A DNA stretch of 64,000 nt from Octopus sinensis (Eukaryota), in contig NC_042997.1 of the NCBI RefSeq assembly GCF_006345805.1, positions 172,670,001 through 172,734,000 on the forward strand, read 5' to 3'. Under the pieces are notes generated by a model. It did no database searches. It was not told where the DNA came from and saw only the letters and a list, made by a program, of their open reading frames with translations. The position numbers and the translations under genes are program-made. Shown here piece after piece: positions 61,218 through 64,000 of the stretch. Position 1 is the stretch's first letter, and each line of letters begins with the position of its first letter.

Positions 61218-61567
61218 TAGTCTGTTTGAGGAGACCTATGCAGAACTTCCAGAGAGATCCTAAAGATCACAGGCTTCAGTCTACTACTCTAGCTAAGCAT
61301 TTTTGTAAAATGCTGTTGAAATGCTGAAACAGCCATTTGGTCAGATATCACATGGCCATTATAATCAATCAACGACTATACAGTGAATGTGTTGCCACTT
61401 CACATTTCTGGTAGCTAGGCATTTCAAACAGCTTTTCACTTTTATGTCTCAGTGCAATCAGCACAACTTTCATGTTCAGCATTAGGAAAATTGTCAAAGG
61501 GTTATTTTCCCTACTGTATGAGCTACAATCTCTCTTTCTCTCTCTCCCTCTCCCTCCCCTCTCTCTC

Positions 61568-61639
<72 letters not shown>

Positions 61640-61663
<24 letters not shown>

Positions 61664-61910
61664 GAGGCATATGGCTTAGTGGTTAGGGTGTCAGCACCAT
61701 GATCGTAAGATTGTGATTTCGATTCCTGGACCGGGTGACGCATTGTGTTCTTGAGCAAAACACTTCATTTCATGTTGATCCAGTCCACTCAGCTGGCAAA
61801 AATGAGTAATGTTGCGATGGACTGGCGTTCCGTCCAGCTGGGGTACACATACATTATAGAAACTGGGAAACCGGGCCCATGAGCCTGGCTAGGCTTTAAA
61901 AGGGCGAATT
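61640..61910 (+). mobile_element. tRNA-derived SINE with a CORE-like central segment
   Basis: A/B boxes tggcttagtggtt / ttcgattcc; ccagtccactcagctgg..aaatgagta. Confidence 0.7.
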
Positions 61911-61921
61911 TATTTATTATT

Positions 61922-61961
<40 letters not shown>

Positions 61962-61963
<2 letters not shown>

Positions 61964-62275
61964 GAGGTGCAATGGCCCAGTGGTTAGGGCAGCAGACTCG
62001 CGGTCATAGGATCGCGGTTTCGATTCCCAGACCGGGCATTGCAAGTGTTTATTGAGCAAAAACACCTAAAGCTACATGAGGCTCTGGCAGGGGGTGGTGG
62101 TGATCCCTGCTGTACTCTTTTGCCACAACTTTCTCTCACTCTTTCTTCTGTTGGCCTCCTCGCTTAGCCAGCAGGGTGGCGTCATTTGAAGGCTAAAACA
62201 ATGCGAAGCGCATTGTGACTAGCGATGTATAGCAACATCTGATAGCCTGGTCGGTCATGGTGATCATGGTGATCC
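61962..62275 (+). mobile_element. SINE family D head with an alternative tail
   Basis: Head matches 9262-9430, then diverges. Confidence 0.7.
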
Positions 62276-62819
62276 TATATGTGGGAGACACAGGACTACA
62301 ATATATTGTTCCAATATATTCATTTTAAAGGTAACAGAGTGTTTTATCTGAGGGAGATTTGGCTACTATTTCTAATAGGTTCTAACACATAGAGACTCCA
62401 TCATTAACTCACTCACTAGTCATTTGTTTATAGATTCAGGGTCTGAAGATTACTTGATATCTTGGAGTTTTCCTAGACCTACATCTCTAAAGCAAGAGAC
62501 TACCAGTATTTTATATCTTTATACTGTGTACATTAAATGCTGTTTATATCTCACTGGATGGGATATTTTTTCCTTTGTTGGAACAGTAAACTTAGTAGTT
62601 TGGTAAAAGAGAGTGATAGAATAAATACCAGGCTTGATCTGTTTGACTAAAATTCATCAAGGTGTTGCTCCAGCTGCAGTTTAATATCTAAAACAAGTAA
62701 AAGAGCGAACAATATGTAACCCCTACTAAATGTATTGAGACCCCTTTTCTTTCATTTGTCACTTCTGTATAGATAGATAGATAGATAGATATAAATACAG
62801 ATATGAATATACACACATA

Positions 62820-63129
62820 TACCTGTGCCGGTGACATATAAAAAGCACTGTCTAAACATGGCAGATGCCAGTGCCGCCAGCCTGGCGTCCATGTCGGTGA
62901 CACACAAAAGCACCAACCGATCATGGCCATTTGCCAGCCTCCCCTGGTTGGCCCCTGTGCCTGTGACACATAAAAATCACCCACTACACTCACAAGTGGT
63001 TGGCATTAGGAAGGGCATCCAGCTGTAGAAACACTGCCAGATCAGACTGGAGCCTGGTGCAGCCTCCTGGCTTCCCAGACCCTGGTTGAACTGTCCAACC
63101 CATGCTAGCATGGAAAACTGACATTAAAC

Positions 63130-63165
<36 letters not shown>
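62820..63165 (+). mobile_element. SINE family B
   Basis: Core and long (GAT)n tail. Confidence 0.85.
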
Positions 63166-63167
<2 letters not shown>

Positions 63168-64000
63168 CACACGCACACACACACACAATGGAGTTACTTC
63201 AGATGACTCAAGTGTATCTCTATAAAATTGGTTCTTTCAACCTGAAAGTGAAACTATTTTTATTGTGTGCAGTTTTATTACAATTTCAAAATAATGTATT
63301 TTGTTTCATGGCTTGGAGGGAGACAAAGATGAAATTGGCATAATTCATGGGTGGTGACTCTATTTAGACAAGTGACTCTATTTAGACAAGCTAGGTCAGA
63401 ATATTTCTTGTAGATAGTTAAGAGGTGAGATAAGAGAGACATAAGTATTACACACATCTGTTGCAGGGGGTGCCATGGTGGTTAGATTTCTGGGTGGGGA
63501 CAGAATCAGGAAAAAAAGTTAAAAGAGAAGGAACACCCTTTTTTTTAAAAAAAAATTTATGAACAGATAAATAATTCAGTAGAATGATTAATCACTTGCA
63601 AAGCAAACTTTCTTAACCAAGATCCAAAGATCTAAGAAACCATAATGTATGTTTTTTTTTCTTGGCTTTTCCCGGCATCCCATCTCACCTAAAAAATAAA
63701 CCTGCTCTCTGAGTAAAGGTTGAAAGGAGGAATATGAAATAAATATACACACGTACATATATATAAACAAACATATTTATGTGTGTGTGTGTCTATCTGT
63801 CTGTGTGTGTGTATGTGTGTGTGTGTTCATATTTATAGATATATATGTTTGGTAATTTAAGAATCCATAAGTCAGAATAAATATATAATACACACAAATA
63901 TAGATAGATATATACATATAAATATAAATACATATAACCATACGTATATGCATACATACACAGACATACATGTACACATACACACACATGCATGCACACA

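Overview
This is AT-rich, repeat-saturated eukaryotic DNA, not prokaryotic. It is most probably from a coleoid cephalopod such as Octopus (inferred from the SINE families and the extreme microsatellite load). No long intact protein-coding gene is visible. Most ORFs in the track are translated microsatellites or decayed transposons. The window contains many tRNA-derived SINEs (labelled A-G here for convenience), CR1, RTE, R4/Dong-like, I-group and Penelope-like (PLE) retroelement fragments, mariner (DD34D), maT (DD37D), Tigger/pogo, hAT/Buster and piggyBac-type elements and MITEs, a probable solo LTR, one intact tRNA-Gln(CUG), a few candidate minus-strand exons, and a ~4.9 kb tandem duplication that may be an assembly haplotype artefact. 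Three observations stand out. (i) A ~350-nt hammerhead-ribozyme (HHR) retrozyme-like family inserts in (TA)n; its two diverged copies show C3-G8 versus U3-A8 core covariation. (ii) A tRNA-headed SINE carries a PLE-type minimal hammerhead. (iii) An intact tRNA-Gln with leader, trailer and oligo-T is joined directly to a CR1 3' end, resembling a pre-tRNA-LINE chimera. All alignments and folds were done by eye, and SINE/LINE fragment boundaries are approximate (about +/-20 bp).
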